Assembly (NCBI GenBank): GCA_023920165.1 | Contig: CP089279.1 | Coordinates: 2,108,001 to 2,172,000, forward strand | Direction of reading: 5' to 3' | DNA: 64,000 nucleotides | DNA from: Curvularia clavata | Lineage: Eukaryota | Shown: one piece after another, positions 62,542 through 64,000 of the stretch | How the letters are laid out: each line of letters begins with the position of its first letter | How positions within the stretch are numbered: position 1 is the first letter of the stretch | Position numbers and translations under genes: made by a program | The notes under the pieces: generated by a model | Told to the model about the DNA's origin: nothing | What the model saw: only the letters and a program-made list of their open reading frames with translations | The model's database searches: none

Positions 62542-64000
62542 ATGTCTGGAGACCCACGACCCCACCAGCAAAGCATCAGTCATGTCTCTGGGCAACAAGG
62601 CTCCCGAGTGTATGTAGGGACCTTTAGCAACTGCCATTTGGGCAACAATGATGAACCCCAAAGTAAATTCACCAAGCCCTTACCGTATCTCTCAATCTTG
62701 AGAATCTGCAGCTGATGCGATCGCCTTTCAGAAGCGCCAGACCAAGCGGCCGTCGCGTGTCGCAACGCCCTCTTCCTCACCGATCCCTACGTCGACCGCG
62801 AGAGCGTGATCAGCGCAAAAGGCAAAAGAGTCGCGGGTACGTGTGAGTGGATCACACAGAACGAGAGCTACCGCGCCTGGTCGAACAGCGATAGCGACAG
62901 AGATGGCATTGGAGATACGCGCCTACTGTGGATCTCCGGCGGGCCCGGCAAGGGCAAGACAATGATGTCTGTCTTCCTGACGGAAGAGCTAGAGAGACAC
63001 ATAGAACATACAGACAACGCAGACCTAGTCTTCTTCTTCTGCAGCGCTCAGGACGAGAAGCGCAACACAAGTATTGCTATACTACGCGGGCTAGTACACC
63101 AGATTATTGTTAAGCGCCAGCAGTTAGTCCACCACGCGCTGCCGTACTTTGAGACGCCTGAGAGGACGCAGCAGACGCTGTCATCTCTAGAGACACTATG
63201 GATTATCTTCAGTAAGCTTATCGCTAGCGCCGAGCTAGGCACTGTATTCTGCGTACTTGACGGACTCGACGAGTGCGAGGATAGCACGCTAAGAGTACTG
63301 TTGCCTAGACTTGTAGACCTACTTGCAGATAGAACGCCATCGCCAAAGAATAGTGCGTTTAAGCTGGCGATTGTTAGCAGAGACCTGCCTGGCCTGCGAG
63401 GCTGCACGACGAGGGTGAAACTCGATCCTGATAATGACGAGAAAGTAGCCGGTGACATTGAGCTGTTCGTGTCCACCCGAGTAGGAGAGCTATCGACCAT
63501 CGAAGGGTTTAGCGAGAACTTTCGAGCATCAGTGCAGACAGCTCTCCTCCAACGCGCCGAGGGAACGTTCCTATGGGTGGGCTTTGCAATGTATGAGCTG
63601 TCGCAGAAACAGACGTGCGTTGAGATCTTAGAGGCGCTCAAAGAACTACCAAGCGGTCTTCCGGCCATTTATAGCCGCATGCTGCTGCAGATCCCAGCTA
63701 GGCAGAGAGAACTGAGCCAGGCGATCTTGCGGTGGGTGACTATGGCTGCCCGCCCTCTGCAGCTGCGAGAGCTGGCAGCAGCAGTAGGCGTGCAGGCTAC
63801 ATCACCTCAAATAACAGTGGATCAAGCAGTCCGCGACGCTATTGCGCTTTGCGGGCCATTGCTCAAAGTGCAAGAGAAAGAAGTTAGCCTTATCCACCAA
63901 TCGGTGCGGGACTATCTGCTACGCAAAGAGCGTGATAGCGATGCCGTGCTAGAGGCCTTTCGACTTATAGTAGAGCCTTCGCATCTTGAGCTTGCACAGA
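62542..64000 (+). CDS. NACHT-domain NLR-like protein with short N-terminal HET-s-like motif (partial, runs off the window)
   Basis: Exon 62542-62662, intron 62663-62731, then an open frame: CRNALFLTDP..GTCEWI, Walker A WISGGPGKGKT, Walker B FCVLDGLDEC, RAEGTFLWV, LPSGLPAIY. Confidence 0.85.

Overview
Eukaryotic, intron-containing fungal DNA. Gene content and splice signals point to a filamentous ascomycete, probably Dothideomycetes/Pleosporales (inferred, not searched). The window holds about 25 protein-coding loci plus one intron-containing tRNA-Val(AAC). Housekeeping genes: ureG, LYS2, FAT1-like acyl-CoA synthetase, RRP43, AIF/AMID-like oxidoreductase, EGD1/BTF3, nimA, BTB-ankyrin, dienelactone hydrolase, ADAM protease, acetyl-CoA synthetase. 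Highlights: (1) a three-gene copper-acquisition cluster (BIM1/X325-like, Ctr, ferric/cupric reductase) whose two promoters share the same two exact 11-mers with a TGCTCA core; (2) an apparent single-nucleotide exon in EGD1; (3) a spliced SesA-NB-ARC-TPR NLR-like gene with a Gly/Asn-rich candidate amyloid motif, where retaining intron 1 would give a stand-alone effector; (4) a NACHT NLR at the right edge with an N-terminal HET-s-like amyloid repeat. Also present are a frameshifted dynamin-like gene, an RBR-ligase pseudogene and a small membrane-protein gene missing from the ORF track. All gene models were assembled by eye and no database searches were run.
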